DNA of 64,000 bases from Octopus sinensis (GCF_006345805.1 NC_043003.1:64790001-64854000); one strand, 5' to 3'; numbered from the stretch's first letter, positions 1-14,066 are shown. Notes: generated by a model from the sequence alone, not told the origin. Made by a program: numbers and translations.

Positions 1-1029
1 TAAGTGTGTGGATGTATATGTGTGCATACACACATATATATATGCATGTGTATGCGTATATGTGTGTGTATATATATTGCACACACACACACACAATGAA
101 ACACACACACGCATATATCTACATACAAACATACACACAGAAACACAAATAAACAATTACACACACAAACGCACACTTATGTGTTTGTGTGTTAATAGAT
201 TAGACCCCTAAACCCCCTTCTACCCCCTCATACTGACAAACAGTCACACTCCAACTTACTTAAAGCCCCCACTCCCCATACCCCCTCACCCCACCATTCT
301 CCATCCCTACAACTTTATCATCGTATCAACAGCACACACACCATATAAAGAGATTTCAGCCAACAGAAAAGGGCGCGTGCTCATCGTAAGCTTTTTTCCA
401 AGTTTTTTCTATTGAAACGAGGCTTACACCTATTGTATATTCTGCGAGCGGATGTATAGCTTTCATATCAGCACCACTGAAGTAAATAAACACGGTTGGC
501 AATGAATTTCCACGTTTACAATTGTTATTATTATTATTATTTCATTTATTTAATTTTTTTTTCTTTATATATTCCTTACCTAAGCTCAAAATGTTAAGCT
601 TAATATGTCATGTGACTGATATGTACCGAGTGACGCATTTGTATTAATCCACCGTTAATCCATTTGACCGCTTGAAAAATGAAGGATTTTTCATAGATGT
701 AAAATGGAAAAAAAAAAGAAAATGCATGATATTGGGGGACACCATGTGGGGGAGGATTGTGATTAAGAATACCTAGATCGGCATCTGTTCGCCACTCGCA
801 TCTAGCTTTCCTTCCTTCCTTCCTTCCTTCCTTCGTAATCCATTCATTCTATTAATCCTTTCCTTCATTTATGTCCTCTTTTGTTCTGTCTATTGTTCTT
901 TCTGCCTTTCTTCCTTTCTTCTACTTTGCTTTTCTTTCTTTCCTTCATTCATGCATTCTTTCTTTCTTTCTTTCTTCTCTTTTTCCTTTAGTGGGTTCTG
1001 TTTTGTAGTATTTTGTTGTTCATCGTCGA

Positions 1030-1585
1030 TAGCTGGTCTTTTCCGGAAAACTTTCAGGTTGGAGTCCACGAATAATTTCCAGAAATCCCTAGCCTGGCAG
1101 TGCTACCGTGTGGCATTGCCGGTTCGGGACAAATTCTACAGGCACGATAGCGCCTGCCTGAGATGGGCGTAGAGAGACGAAATTGCCGAAGGACTGATAT
1201 CTTCCTCTCCAGCCAAGCCCTCATCAGCTTTTCAAAATTCCATTTGAAAAGAGTGGTTTGAGAGGGATATCCTGTACCCCAAAAAATTGTGAATATGAAA
1301 AAGCTGGTTCAAGTGAGTGGGCTTTCTCTAAGATGGCGTCTATGGGTTGAGGAGTACGGAGGAGACAAAAGCATTTACCATGGTACTTTTGGTAACTAGG
1401 GTGGATCAGGATATGTGAGGGTTCTGGATAGTCTTCAATGGTCCTGGATGACATTTCTCTATTAAGGATGTTGTTTGCTAAGAGTTTTTTTCTTTTTCGA
1501 ATTGCTTTTATTTCATGATTTACTCGTTTCTATGTAAATCCTCACTGTCCTTTGGCTTTGTTTCACGGCCCTTCTGGCCAATAAG

Positions 1586-1587
<2 letters not shown>
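1030..1587 (+). mobile_element. L1/Tx1-like LINE, decayed 3' end (zf-RVT region, ORF2 end, 3' UTR)
   Basis: LFRKTF..NFQKSLAWQCYRVALPVRDKFYRH matches the longer copy at 31033-31404. Ends in ggcccttctggccaataag just before (ATT)n. Confidence 0.75.
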
Positions 1588-1645
<58 letters not shown>

Positions 1646-1647
1646 CA

Positions 1648-1711
<64 letters not shown>

Positions 1712-1731
1712 CATTATTATTATTATTATTA
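1588..1731. repeat. (ATT)n microsatellite
   Basis: Direct reading. Source of the poly-I and poly-N ORFs. Confidence 0.98.
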
Positions 1732-1789
1732 AATAAAGCAGTGAGCTCGTACAATCGCTTGCATGCCGGGCGAAATACTGAGTGATTCC

Positions 1790-2930
1790 TAGTCTCACTC
1801 AGAGACCTCAAGAGACAACAAGTTAGACGTCCAAGTTGGTGTTATGCCTAGGGTGTGATATATTTGGTTTTGCACAAAGTATCGTTCTAGAGAATGTTTA
1901 AGAAAACAAGAAAATTATAAATTTGTTTTAAAATTTGAGATTACATGAGCACTATCTTTTAAATTTCTTCCATTTTTGGATTTCCTGACAACCAGCCCCT
2001 TTTGCGATAATTCATAGGGCACCTATGAGAACAAGTATTGTTTTAGTTTTGAGGTTCCACATTTTGCCAGTTTCTATTTCAAGATCTTTATACTTGCTCA
2101 GTCTTTGGTGGGTCTTGACAGATACATTTATGTCGGTTGGAACAATTATATCAATGAGGTGGCATGGTTTTGTCTGAAGTCGTTCAATATAATGTCTGGC
2201 CTATTCGCATCTATTTTTCTGTCAGTTTGAACGGGGAAGATCCAGAGGAGTGAGATGTGGTCATTTTCAAGAACTGGAAGTGGTTTGTGTTCCTACCAGT
2301 TTTTATCATGGGGCAGGTCCAAGTTTTTGCATATTACGCAGTGTATATACTGTGCTACTCTATCATGCCTGCTGAAATACTCAGTAGGCGCAAGAAGACT
2401 GCACTTGGAGACATCATGATCAATAGTTTCATTTTGTTGTTGACATACACGAGATGTTGGGCTACTGCCGTTCTTTAATATGTTGGCCTGGTAGTTTCTT
2501 GTCGGTAGGCATTGATCTTGGGCTGCTATGATAAACTGTTCTACTTCTGGTTTTAAGCCAGAAGACACTAATCATTGATGGGTAAGGGCTTTGTCAACAT
2601 CGGCATTATTAGTTCTCTTTGCGTATTTGCCATTGAGAGGTTTTTCTTGCCATTTATCCGTAAGAATATCTAAGGCAGCAGATTTAGCACGGGTTTTCAT
2701 TCTCTTAGCTTTTTCTGTGTTTGTTTCGAGTACGTCTAATTCTTGGATTTGTTGTATTTGGAATTCAGTTAGATATTCCTTTGCGTGTTTTGTTACTGAG
2801 TATGATGCTTTCTTGTTTTCGTGCTTTAAGACAACTTTTAACATCCGGTCATCAGAGTTTTTCAGGGTGGTGTTTACACCAATTGTGGCAATCTTCATTG
2901 TTAATTCCAGCTGTAAAAGTCCACGGCCAC
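1790..2930 (-). mobile_element. R4/Dong-like non-LTR retrotransposon, 5'-truncated (zinc knuckle plus restriction-like endonuclease), with stops
   Basis: W.EKPLNGKY, IIAAQDQCLPTRNY, CQQQNETIDH..SKC, YFSRHDRVA, then NRPDII..IDI.VP.D..KYKDL motifs typical of RLE-type ORFs. Confidence 0.85.
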
Positions 2931-3932
2931 CCTTATTATTATCAGTATTAAAACTATCAAACTATCAAAGGCTATATCAGTTATCAGGGATTCTGTCCCG
3001 AGTTTTTGGTGACAAGTTACCTCAAATCTCAAGAATCATTCACGGTGAGTGCATTCACCATTTGTCGGTAAGTTACCTGATTCTCTCGGGTGACCCGCCG
3101 AGCAGAGTCCCAATCCGTCCCCAACTTCACGAGATAATCTCCTCATCTGCCGTGATCGTGTGGCATGTGGTCGACCTCAGTGAAGAGAACACGGTAAGCA
3201 GGATCTGACTGGGAAAAAAATCAAGCAACATTATCAAACAGTTTGTGCTGACACTCCCGAATCATACAAGTAACAGGAGACCTCTCAGTTGCTGAGTAGA
3301 GTCGTTGGCTGGATACGATTCTTCCAGTAAGCAAGATAAATAAAATAAAATAAAATCTGATTTATCTCCATTTCAACAAATCAATTGACTTTGGGAGGTT
3401 AATTTCTTATTTCTTTCAATTGTCTTTTCTTTTCTTGGACTGTTTTCTATCAATTACTACTAAGATTTACCTTCTCTACGAAGAAAATTTCAATTAATTA
3501 CAAATTCAGTGCAAAATCGTTAAGCTTAATAAATTAGATCAAATTACAAAACATAGAGGCACGGAGATAGCGTTACAGTTTCGCTTCACAGCTGGATACA
3601 ATGAATTTCATTTATTTTATTTGATTAATGTTTAACTACAAATGTTGTTACTTAATATCTTGTCATGGATTATTAAAGGTAAGAGAGTACAGGACACGGA
3701 GTACAAAGAGATTAGTAAATAAAAGTCATTTTGGTACAATAGAATGACTACCGTTATAATCCAGCTCCCTCAGCCTTTCACTAGAAAAGAGCTGGAAACG
3801 GAATCCGAGAATACAATTACATGCGAATAAGGTTTATTTATCAGTTCGAATCATTTAAATGGGTTTATCTGCTTAAATATAGCAAAATACACACACACGT
3901 TTGTACGCACGCCCACACGTTCAAAATTACAA

Positions 3933-3976
<44 letters not shown>

Positions 3977-4381
3977 TAACGTAGGCGCATACATACTTGT
4001 CATCTCACAAAGACACAGAAACATACACAAGACTTAATATTAAAGGTGAGTCCTTACAGAGGATAATTCTTAAAGTATCAGCTATCACAAAGACGAGAGC
4101 AGATTAGTTGAAATTACACTGTCAAATGAATAACTGAACAGACGTATGTATGTGTGTGTGTATGTATGTACGTGTGTATGCATGTATGTGTGTATGTACG
4201 TGTGTATGTATATATTTATGTTTGCATGCATGTATGTTTGTATGTACGGATGTCTGTATGTATGTATGTATATTTGTCATTATACAGCCTTATTTCAAGA
4301 TTTCTTGTCAATGGAGAAAGAGCCGGTTTCTAAACTAGATCCAAAGCTCCTTCATTGGAATTTCAAAATCAACAACAAGGT

Positions 4382-4383
<2 letters not shown>

Positions 4384-4446
<63 letters not shown>

Positions 4447-4475
4447 ATAAATAAATGAATAAATAAATAAATAAA
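4384..4475. repeat. (AAT)n/(AAAT)n tract
   Basis: Direct reading. Confidence 0.95.
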
Positions 4476-4770
4476 GCAAAGCTCCGTCACTGGAATTTCA
4501 ATAACAACGATGGTACAGATTACATTACAGATTTTTTAGAAAAATCTCGTAATTTTCACTAATGTCAATACAGATTGTATACCTAAAATGGATACAGGAC
4601 GATCTCTTGTGTTTGCCTGAAAACCTAACTTTTTTTCAGATTATCACTTCGATATTTACTAGCATAATCAAATGCCCCAGTCAAATGCACCGTTAATTAT
4701 AGGCATAGATGTAAATTTATAATTAGCGTGAAACAATTTCGGGCTTCTTAGCATTTATTCTTTTCCCCCC

Positions 4771-4967
4771 CTTTACTTGTTTCAGTCATTTGACTGCGGT
4801 CATGGTGGAGCGCGGTCTTTCAGTCGAACAAATCGACCCTAGTACTTATTCTCTGTAAGCCTTGTACTTATTCTATCGGTCTCTTTGGCCGAACCGCTAA
4901 GTTACGGGGACGTAAACACACCAGCATCGGTTATCAAGTGATGGTGGATGGGCGGACAAGCATATAC

Positions 4968-5041
<74 letters not shown>

Positions 5042-5185
5042 GACAGGCTTGTTTCAGTTTCCGTCTACCAAATCCACTCACAAGGCTTTGGTCAGCCCGC
5101 GGCTATAGTAGAAGACATTTGCCGAAGTTGTTACGCAGTGGGATTGAACCAGGAACCATGTTGTTGAGAAACAAACTTCTTACCA
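4771..5185 (-). mobile_element. SINE family A (tRNA-like head, internal microsatellite, body, GTAAAAGA-type tail)
   Basis: Near-identical to many copies in the window. Minus-strand head has a B-box-like GGTTCAATCCC. Confidence 0.85.
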
Positions 5186-5484
5186 TATGTCCATAAATAT
5201 CTTATTTCTGCTGATTTTAGAAGAAATGTTCACATCTTGAGGGCAGCTAACCTCTGTGTCCATCCGTGATCTTACAACTCCATCCCAAATAGCCATATTA
5301 AGCCTGTTTTATATGCATTTGGTAGAGGTTTTGACTGAAATATTCCATCATCAATCTTTGTGCTGTGAGGATGATCTGGTTCTTGACTGAAGATTAAAGG
5401 CTTCGAATGGCCCGTCCGTGTTTTTTGTATCGTCTTCTGGATCTTTTGCGTGCTTGTCCCATTTTGTATTTATATGTATATATA

Positions 5485-5536
<52 letters not shown>

Positions 5537-5541
5537 TATAT

Positions 5542-5903
5542 ATCGTGACGTATATTTGCCATTTGAATATGGCTAACCCCTAAGGATGGATGCTACTGTA
5601 GTTTGTAGCCCCAGGAAGACACCTCCTCCAGCTGGCTATAGACACACTTTCTGTGCCCTATCAGTATTTGCGAAGGGAAGCCATCCTTCCGTGTGTATCA
5701 TAAGTTGAAGACGGGAAGGATGGCTTCCCTTCGCAAATACTGATAGGGCACAGAAAGTGTGTCTATAGCCAGCTGGAGGAGGTGTCTTCCTGGGGCTACA
5801 AACTACAGTAGCATCCACCCTTAGGGGTTAGCCATATTCAAATGGCAAATATACGTCACGATGTGTTGCTGCTACTGTTTATAACTCGCTCTGAGATTTA
5901 TCA
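5542..5903 (+). mobile_element. Fold-back element in (TA)n: 149-bp inverted arms (5542-5690 and 5714-5862) plus a 3' extension; probable Penelope-like pLTR relic
   Basis: Arms are reverse complements with one A/G mismatch and a 23-nt spacer. (TA)n on both sides. Confidence 0.7.
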
Positions 5904-5922
5904 TTATATATATATATATATA

Positions 5923-6458
5923 TTGGGTTGTTCAGAAAGTTCGTGCCCTATTTTTAAAGGATAGAAAAAGGTCAATAAATACTTGCCATTACATTTTTGA
6001 TCAACCAAATATGAACCATTTTGTTGCACAATGCGTCTCCACCATTCCCTTAACTTGAAAATACCCTCTTCCCAGAATTGAGGTCGTTTCATGGCAAATA
6101 ATTCATCAAGGTATCTTTTTACGTTATCCAAGGAATTAAGACTATTCTGCAGAGACCTGAATAAGTGGGAAATCCGAAGGAGCAATATCTGGTGAATATG
6201 GAGTGTGGGGTAACACATCCCAGTCGAGCTGCAGCAATTTTTGTCTGGTTCTCAAAGCAGCAAGGGCCGAAAATGAACTTTCTTATCTTCCATTTTAAAT
6301 GGTTACATAATTAACACAGGTTATAGGAACATAAACCTTCTTCCACGAAAAGATAGCTTAAACTGTGCTCTAAATGGAGGTGTAGTCAAATCCAATTTTA
6401 TGGACTCAACCATGTTCTAAAATAAATCGAAAGGTAAGCTACTTTCCGGACAACCCAA
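5923..6458 (-). mobile_element. Internally deleted mariner transposon
   Basis: TIRs ttgggttgt(t/c)c(a/g)gaaagt with TA on both sides. Minus strand has the start MEDKKVHFR fused to WDVLPHTPYSPDIAPSD / FRSLQN..GIFKL..W...VQQNGSY. Confidence 0.92.
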
Positions 6459-6487
6459 TATATATATATACATATATATATATATAT

Positions 6488-6576
<89 letters not shown>

Positions 6577-6607
6577 CAAGACTGCGGGCCGGTAGAATCC
6601 ACACACA

Positions 6608-6780
6608 CATACGATGGGATTCCATACATTTTCCGTCTACCAAATTCACTCGCAAAGTATTGCTTCGTGTGAGGCTATACTAGCACTCACTTACCCAAAG
6701 TGTCACGCTGAAGGACTGAACCCAAAATCACGAAACCACGCTGTTGCAAAGCGAATCTCCTATCTGTGCAGCCATGCATA
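6608..6780 (-). mobile_element. SINE family A head, diverged
   Basis: tttccgtctaccaaattcactc..ggactgaaccc similarity to other copies. Confidence 0.65.
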
Positions 6781-6945
6781 CGTCTATTATGCTTATACAT
6801 ATTTTTTTATCCCTAAACCAATGAGATAGTCACGACCGGAATTCTTTTGATCATAGGCATACTTAATCTAAGGCTTAACCAGGATCGGACAGCAACAACA
6901 TTAACAATAGGAACATAAATTAGTGTCGATAATACGTAGCGATTA

Positions 6946-7385
6946 AAGCTGCGAGCTGGCAGAATCGTTAGCACGCCGGGCGAAATGCTTAGCGGTATTT
7001 CGTCTGACTTTACGTTCTGAGTTCAAATTCCACCGAGGTCGACTTTGACTTTCATCCTTTCAGAGTCGATAAAAGAAGTACCAGTTGTGTACTGAGGTCG
7101 ATCTAATCGACTGCTCCCTTTCCCCAAATTTCGAGTCTTGTGCCTAAAGTAGAAAAGAATATTCCGTAGCAACTAAGGCGACAAACTGGCTGAATCGTTA
7201 GCACACCGGGCAAAATGCTTTGCGGCATTTAACGTTCAGAGTTCAAATGCTACCGGGGTCGACTTTGCTTTTTATCTTTTTGGGCCGATAAAATAAATAC
7301 CAGTCACACACTGAGGTCGATATAATCGACAAGTCTCCCCCCCCAAAAAAAAAATTGCAGGCCTTGTGCCTATAGTAAAAAGGAT
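6946..7385 (+). mobile_element. Two tandem SINE family B copies (Meta-domain-like), tail type 1
   Basis: gcgagctggcagaatcgttagcacgccgggcg head, gagttcaaattcc B-box, ggtcgactttg.ctttcatcctttc..gtcgataaa..agtaccag core, ccttgtgcct..agtagaaaag tail. Confidence 0.85.
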
Positions 7386-7939
7386 AGGTATGCATCCAGT
7401 TTTAGGGATGTTGTTTTATATTTATCACGTGTCTGTATTTTCTGCGGACGGCATTGTATATTACTTCAGCAATAACATTGTGCCACAGTGGGCGGTAGAT
7501 AATATCAAAATGACATTTTTGGACAGCTGCTGATTACATGTGTTGTGTCCTTCTCAGAAGAGTATCATTACTGACATTTGCGGTTGCAACCTGGGAATTT
7601 AAGAGTTTCACACTCTCATTCGATTCCTTGGATATTCCGTAGCCATCTCCTACTTTTCGATTGCAAAAACGTAATTTTTCGAGATGTATGTATGAGTCTA
7701 TTTATGCATATATGTATGTATGTATATATGTATGGTATGTATGTATGCACGCATGTATGTATGTTTGCATGTATGTATGTTTTATGTATGTATGTATGTA
7801 TGTTTGTATGCATGCATGTATGTTTGTTTGTATGTATGTATGTTTGTAACCCATACACATGTATGCATATACACATGTTGTGCACATATACACTTGGGTA
7901 TCTCGGATCTAGACCTTAGATGCTAGACTTCACCAATGT

Positions 7940-8650
7940 TTTACATAATATAACAGTATCTTTGATAGCTTGTAGCTGTAATCACCTTATTGAACATGTT
8001 CTTTCTGGCTCTGTGAACCCTACTCCATTTTGGTAGGTGTTGGCATGTGCTAGGCAACTGACTTCAACTACTGTGCATAATTGCTTTTTCATAGTCCCAG
8101 ATCATTATGGTTGGTCAGTTATGCTTGCATTTTATTGAAAACTTGACAGGGATATTCGACCACAATCCATTTACATTGTATGTGACTGTGATTATGTCTT
8201 CGACGCCACTTTAGCTTCTTATATTTGTATCCTTAAGATTATCTTTTCTACAAATTTCATAATATAATCTAAACATGACATCATACCTCATAGGTATGTA
8301 AAACCGTGGGTAAACTTTTCGGACATCTGTTTATTATTTTTCGTACATCTGTTTATTATTTTTCGTACATCTGTTTATTATTTTTCGTACATCTGTTTAT
8401 TATTTTTCGGAAATCTGTTTATCATATCGGTGTCGCGTTTGGTGTTAATTTCATAAAATTTGCAACATTTGTCGCATCTAGTTGGCTTACCTGCATCTCT
8501 ACAACTTTTGAGCATCAGGTATAGTAATATTTCCTGTTTCCTTATTGCAAAAGCATAGTCTTGAAGCTGAGAGCTAATATGAAGTTGGTTAGTCTATCAA
8601 ACATTACTCTGTGCATCAATAAAGCTGTCACTTTGAAGCTTTCTGAAAAT
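7940..8650 (-). mobile_element. Second decayed RLE-type (R4-like) LINE fragment
   Basis: Minus strand reads YAFAI..QEI, CDKCC, YIPMRYDV, W.NIPVK..IKCKHN*P.IMIWD, TVVEVSC (degenerate RHD and HNRPD..E motifs). Confidence 0.65.
8316..8422. repeat. 22-bp tandem repeat, about 4.7 copies (acatctgtttattatttttcgt)
   Basis: Direct reading. Confidence 0.95.
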
Positions 8651-8819
8651 ATAGCATGCATATATGGTTTTATTAATGATAGAAAATGTCACATCAATGG
8701 GAGAAACCATAGCTAAATGTCAACAATCTAATAAATATTTGTACGTACACAGAATTGAGGCACTTAAAGGAATCAGATACGGTTGTAATATCTCGGTTGA
8801 AAATATCGTCCACAAAATG

Positions 8820-9227
8820 CATGTGTACAAATGTATGAGTACAAATCTTGTTTATAAATGTAGTATGCACATAAGGAAAGGGTCGTATATTTACATTGGG
8901 CAGACGGCTGATTCATTTAAGAATCGCTATCATAATTATGTCGCTAGCTTTAAGACAATCAATAAGAGACATTCAACATCTTTGACCGATTTTGTATGGC
9001 GACTGAAGGAGGATAAAATGAAGTGCAGCATAATTTAATCCATAGTAAGGTACGCGAAACCATACAATGTAATTTCCAGGAGATGCTGTCTCTGCTCCGA
9101 GGAGTCCCAGTCTATTCTGTGGACCAACGTGAAGATCATTAATAAAATTTCTGAACGACTCTCGAGATGCCTACACACATATAAATGGGCACTTCCGCAC
9201 AATACAGTGGGAATGGATTTTGAGTAA
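8820..9227 (+). pseudogene. Penelope-like element GIY-YIG endonuclease C-terminus with in-frame stop at 9036-9038
   Basis: NLVYKC..YIYIGQT..FKNRY.N...SF..STSL..FVW.LK, then past the stop KPYN..RRCCLCSEE..IINK.SE..SRCLH.YK. The 3' UTR probably runs to about 10270. Confidence 0.85.
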
Positions 9228-9502
9228 CCGTTAACATAATTCAATTTACTTAAATTGGGTGAATTAAGTTTACTTTAAACCTCCTCATTCTTACAAACAC
9301 CAAATAGATAGCTAACTCGCTTTGTTATCATGAGTGCACCAAACCTCACGAGTGCGTATGCTCACTTTTTCGCGGATGCTTGTATAAGCGAGTGTACACG
9401 CACCATGCAGCTTGCCCGAGAGCGTTTATATATCCTTATTCGTTAACGGTTATTTTTAATACTTTTCTCGTTGGATTGTGTGTTCGTTTCTCTTTTTGCC
9501 AT

Positions 9503-9737
9503 ACTCTTACTCTTTTACTCTTTTACTTGTTTCAGTCATTTGACTGCGGCCATGCTGGAGCACCGCCTTTAGTCGAGCAAATCGACCCCGGGACTTATTC
9601 TTTTGTAAGCCCAGTACTTATTCTATCGGTCTCTTTTGCCGAACCGCTAAGTGACGGGGACGTAAACACACCAGCATCGGTTATCAAGCAATGCTAGGGG
9701 GACAAACACAGACAAACTAACACACACAAACACACAC

Positions 9738-9830
<93 letters not shown>

Positions 9831-9997
9831 TACGACAGGCTTCTTTCAGTTTCCGTCTACCAAATCCACTCACAATGCATTGATCGGCCCGGGGCTATAG
9901 CAGAAGACACTTGCCCAAGATGCCACGCAGTGGAACTGAACCCGGAACCATGTGGTTGGTTAGCAAGCTACTTACCAAACAGCCACTCCTGCGCCTA
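9503..9997 (-). mobile_element. SINE family A, full-length
   Basis: Minus strand starts aggcgcaggagtggctgtttggtaag (A-box), then gggttcagttcc (B-box), internal (TA)n(TG)n and a repeated agtaaaag tail. Confidence 0.9.
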
Positions 9998-10266
9998 TCT
10001 GTGTTTTTATTTTTGATCTTCGATATAAATGAAGATACTTCCTCCGTCTAGCTGCTTTTCTTTCTACAAAACGAGAAGTTACATTGCGGAACTGTTATTT
10101 TAACGAGTTGCATCTATTTATCACCTGACTAGATACATCTGCACCACCGGATGCTTCTTAACCAGTTGTTGAGTGTCCCATTCGTGAGGGATCGATGCTA
10201 GATTTGTCAAAATAATTCTCGTGATTGATAATAAATTCTCGTATATTCCATCTTTCGTCTTTCATT

Positions 10267-10930
<664 letters not shown>

Positions 10931-10947
10931 ATATATATATATAATAT

Positions 10948-11034
<87 letters not shown>

Positions 11035-12242
11035 GTATATATATACAGGTATGTACATATACGTCGTACACACACTCAGAACCTTTAGGTGGTATCGTGG
11101 TGTGCTAGACATTGTAGCCAAATCTCCTCCTTTGCATCATAAACAAAGCAGGCCGTTAAAAATTGAAAACCAGCGCTCATGATATGATAATATGGTCCTA
11201 GATTATTTGGGAATAGGGAAAACAAACATGGCAGATGAGATGGTAATGGTTGGAACGTCTTTTGGTGGTAGGTATGTTATATACACACAGAGGGTTGGAG
11301 CTAGAGCTGAAGAAGAAGCAATAACACCAACATTTACATCACTACAATAACAACAGCAACAACCCAGTAACGGTTGGAGGAAAAAAGATACAAAATAAAA
11401 AAAAGAACTATCATAAATAATAACAATAACAACAACAACAACAAAATTGGGAACAACAACAACAACAACAACTATATCGACAAGAACAGCAACAAAAATA
11501 AAAACAAAACAAGCAAAATAGCGTCTGGAAAAGAATGAAATAAAATCTACAGCATTTGATGGCTTAATGAATGAAGATTCAAATGTAACAGAAGCACTCA
11601 AAAATGCATTTGAAAATTAAATAAAATAAAAATAAAACACAAAAAATAAAATAAAGTGAAATAATAGAATAAAATGAATAGAAAAATCAAATCTGGAGGT
11701 TAGTTTTCAATGTGGTCTGGAAGTGTTCAAGTTTCATTTAATCTGCTAAGCGGGGGACAATTCTTGCCGACTTTATCCTAGATATCATGCAATACGATAA
11801 GCCAAAACGGCTTCAAGGGATTTTTAATTCTCTGGTTGAAATCAGAACTGTCTTTTGGCCATCTTTCTCTGCTTTTCTTTCTCTTTCTTACTTCTGATTG
11901 CTTTGTGTGTGTGTGTGTGTGTGTGTGTATTTATCTGTGTATGTACGCGTGTATTGTCTAAATTGTATTTTATTTATTTGGGGGGCTGTTTTTACGTGCC
12001 GTACATATAGTAATATGAAGATTTTGCTTCTCAAACAAAAAAAGGATTTTAGTCCCTCTTTTAAGGAAATTCCTATTGAAATGAAGCAAAGAAGAATTTC
12101 TAAGAATTTCTTAGAAATATTTGGTGAAAGGATTTAGTAAACTGATTAAATGAATTGGAATTTTATGATAAAAATAGGAAATGGTTGGATTTTATGTCCG
12201 TCTGTATGAGTGTAAGATTATACATGTGTATGTATCAACGTG

Positions 12243-12455
12243 TGGAGGCGCGTGGCTTAGTGGTTAGGGTGTCAGCACCATGATCGTAAGATTGTGGTTT
12301 CGATTCCTGAACCGGGCGACGTGTTGTGTTCTTGAGCAAAACACCTCATTTCACGTTGCTCCAGTTCACTCAGCTGGCAAAAATGAGTAACGCTGCGATG
12401 AACTGGCGTCCTGTCCAGCTGGGGAGCACATACACCATAGAAATCGGGAAACCAT
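12243..12455 (+). mobile_element. tRNA-derived SINE with CORE-like segment
   Basis: ggaggcgcgtggcttagtggttaggg A-box, ggtttcgattcc B-box, gttcttgagcaaaacac core-like segment. Related copy at 44598-44790. Confidence 0.75.
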
Positions 12456-12730
12456 CCTGATATTTATCTCTCGCGGTATTTCAAGTATAATGTTTATCAG
12501 AACAACCCTCAAACGACTGGTGAGAACTGGAGGCAACAATCACAGCAGAAATCAGGGAAATCCCCAAAGAAGAATATGTTCGGGTAATTGACAATTTTGC
12601 GTGACGTATGCAAGTGTTTGCGCGACGTGTACCATTTAGAACATACTTATATGTAAAGGGAATGATCGTACACAGACCGAAGTTTAAGTCCTTTGTAGGT
12701 TTTGTCTTTTTGGTGTCACCCTGTATATAT

Positions 12731-13060
12731 TTTCTCTCTCTGTTTATTTCTGTGTTCCTTTTTGTCGAAGAGCATAGGCTCGAAACATAAAAGACTTTCT
12801 CACTTCGCGAGCGTTAAACTAATACACCTGTTTGTTGGTTACACACCCATCTTCGTGTTTTATTTTTTTAAAAATTCTCACTATATATGTATATATATAT
12901 AAAGGGAAAGTTTACAAAAATAAACAAAAGACGAAGGCAGGTGGAGTACAAACAAACAAATGTATTAGTATAGCGCTCAGAAATAGAAAAAGTCTTTTAC
13001 GTTTCGAGCCTACGCTCTTCGACAGAAAGATACACAGAAAAAAAAACAAGGAGAGAAACA
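12731..13060. mobile_element. Two copies of a ~160-bp hammerhead-bearing element, tail-to-tail across a short (TA)n
   Basis: 12731-12892(+) and 12901-13060(-) are diverged homologues. A third 3' fragment lies at 47325-47408. Confidence 0.75.
12994..13029 (-). ncRNA. Minimal hammerhead-like motif (variant core CUGUCGA)
   Basis: cttt CUGUCGA a gagc gtag gctc GAAAC GUA aaag. Confidence 0.6.
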
Positions 13061-13068
13061 TATATATA

Positions 13069-13388
13069 AGTTCAGCAAAATTTAGATTCAAATGAATATG
13101 GTACTTAAGTCAGATGCACCAGAATTTTGTACGGTGTTATCCATATGAATCCATGGGGTGATTATAATCAAAGTAAGCAACAAGAATATCTTCGGTAATT
13201 TGGTTCGATCGTTTCACGCTACATCATTTTATTAAACATTGTAAATATTACATCACTTTTAAAATTTTGGAATGGCTGATGATTGCTCAACATTTTAAAA
13301 CTGATGTAATATTTACAATGTTTAATAAAAGGATGTAGCGTGAAACGATCGTACCAAATTACCGAAGATATTCTTGTTGCTTACTTTG

Positions 13389-13394
<6 letters not shown>
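13069..13394. mobile_element. Fold-back pLTR-like element, arms 13163-13269 and 13288-13394
   Basis: ~107-bp inverted arms with several mismatches and (TA)n flanks. Confidence 0.7.
13273..13356 (+). ncRNA. Type I hammerhead motif
   Basis: tgg CUGAUGA ttgct...agcgt GAAAC gatc GUA cca. Confidence 0.6.
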
Positions 13395-13421
<27 letters not shown>

Positions 13422-13572
13422 TTTCACACACATATATTAATATATATGAATATATAATGAATATATACGCACATTTGCGTGTGTGTTTATGTTCCTGTAT
13501 CAAACATTAATTAGATGATCAAAATGTGGATTTACATTGTTTCTAAGCCAGCTTACTTATTGAAGAGTATTG

Positions 13573-13601
13573 ACTACTACTACTACTACTACTACCACTA
13601 C

Positions 13602-13638
<37 letters not shown>

Positions 13639-13655
13639 ACTGCTGCTGTTGCTGC
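13573..13655. repeat. (CTA)n-(CTG)n compound microsatellite
   Basis: Direct reading. Confidence 0.9.
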
Positions 13656-13900
13656 TATACATAGTGTTACCGACATAACAATACGTTTGCCATTTTGCCA
13701 GTTGTTCTTGATAAGTAACGGTAATTTCCATAGAAGTATGACTCACACACACACACACACACGTATGTCTGTGTCTTTATGTGTATGAATGCACACATAT
13801 ATATGTGTATATATTTGTTTGTGTGTGTATGTTTGTATATATATATACGCACATTTTACATATTACATATACATGTACACACACACACACACACACACAC

Positions 13901-13945
<45 letters not shown>

Positions 13946-14021
13946 GTACACATTTTTATTCATTATATATACATATACATATATACGTATGTATGAATAT
14001 ATACATATATCTCTGTATATA

Positions 14022-14066
<45 letters not shown>

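Noticed and set aside
2591-3208. 205-aa plus-strand ORF
   Set aside because: Mostly antisense to the R4-like LINE; the remainder has no recognisable motif.
5714-5862. Hammerhead in the first fold-back (ctgatag..gaaa)
   Set aside because: Core is non-canonical and helices do not pair.
12243-12320. tRNA genes here and at 27510-27592 and 46095-46173
   Set aside because: SINE heads with A/B boxes that continue into SINE bodies; no convincing cloverleaf.
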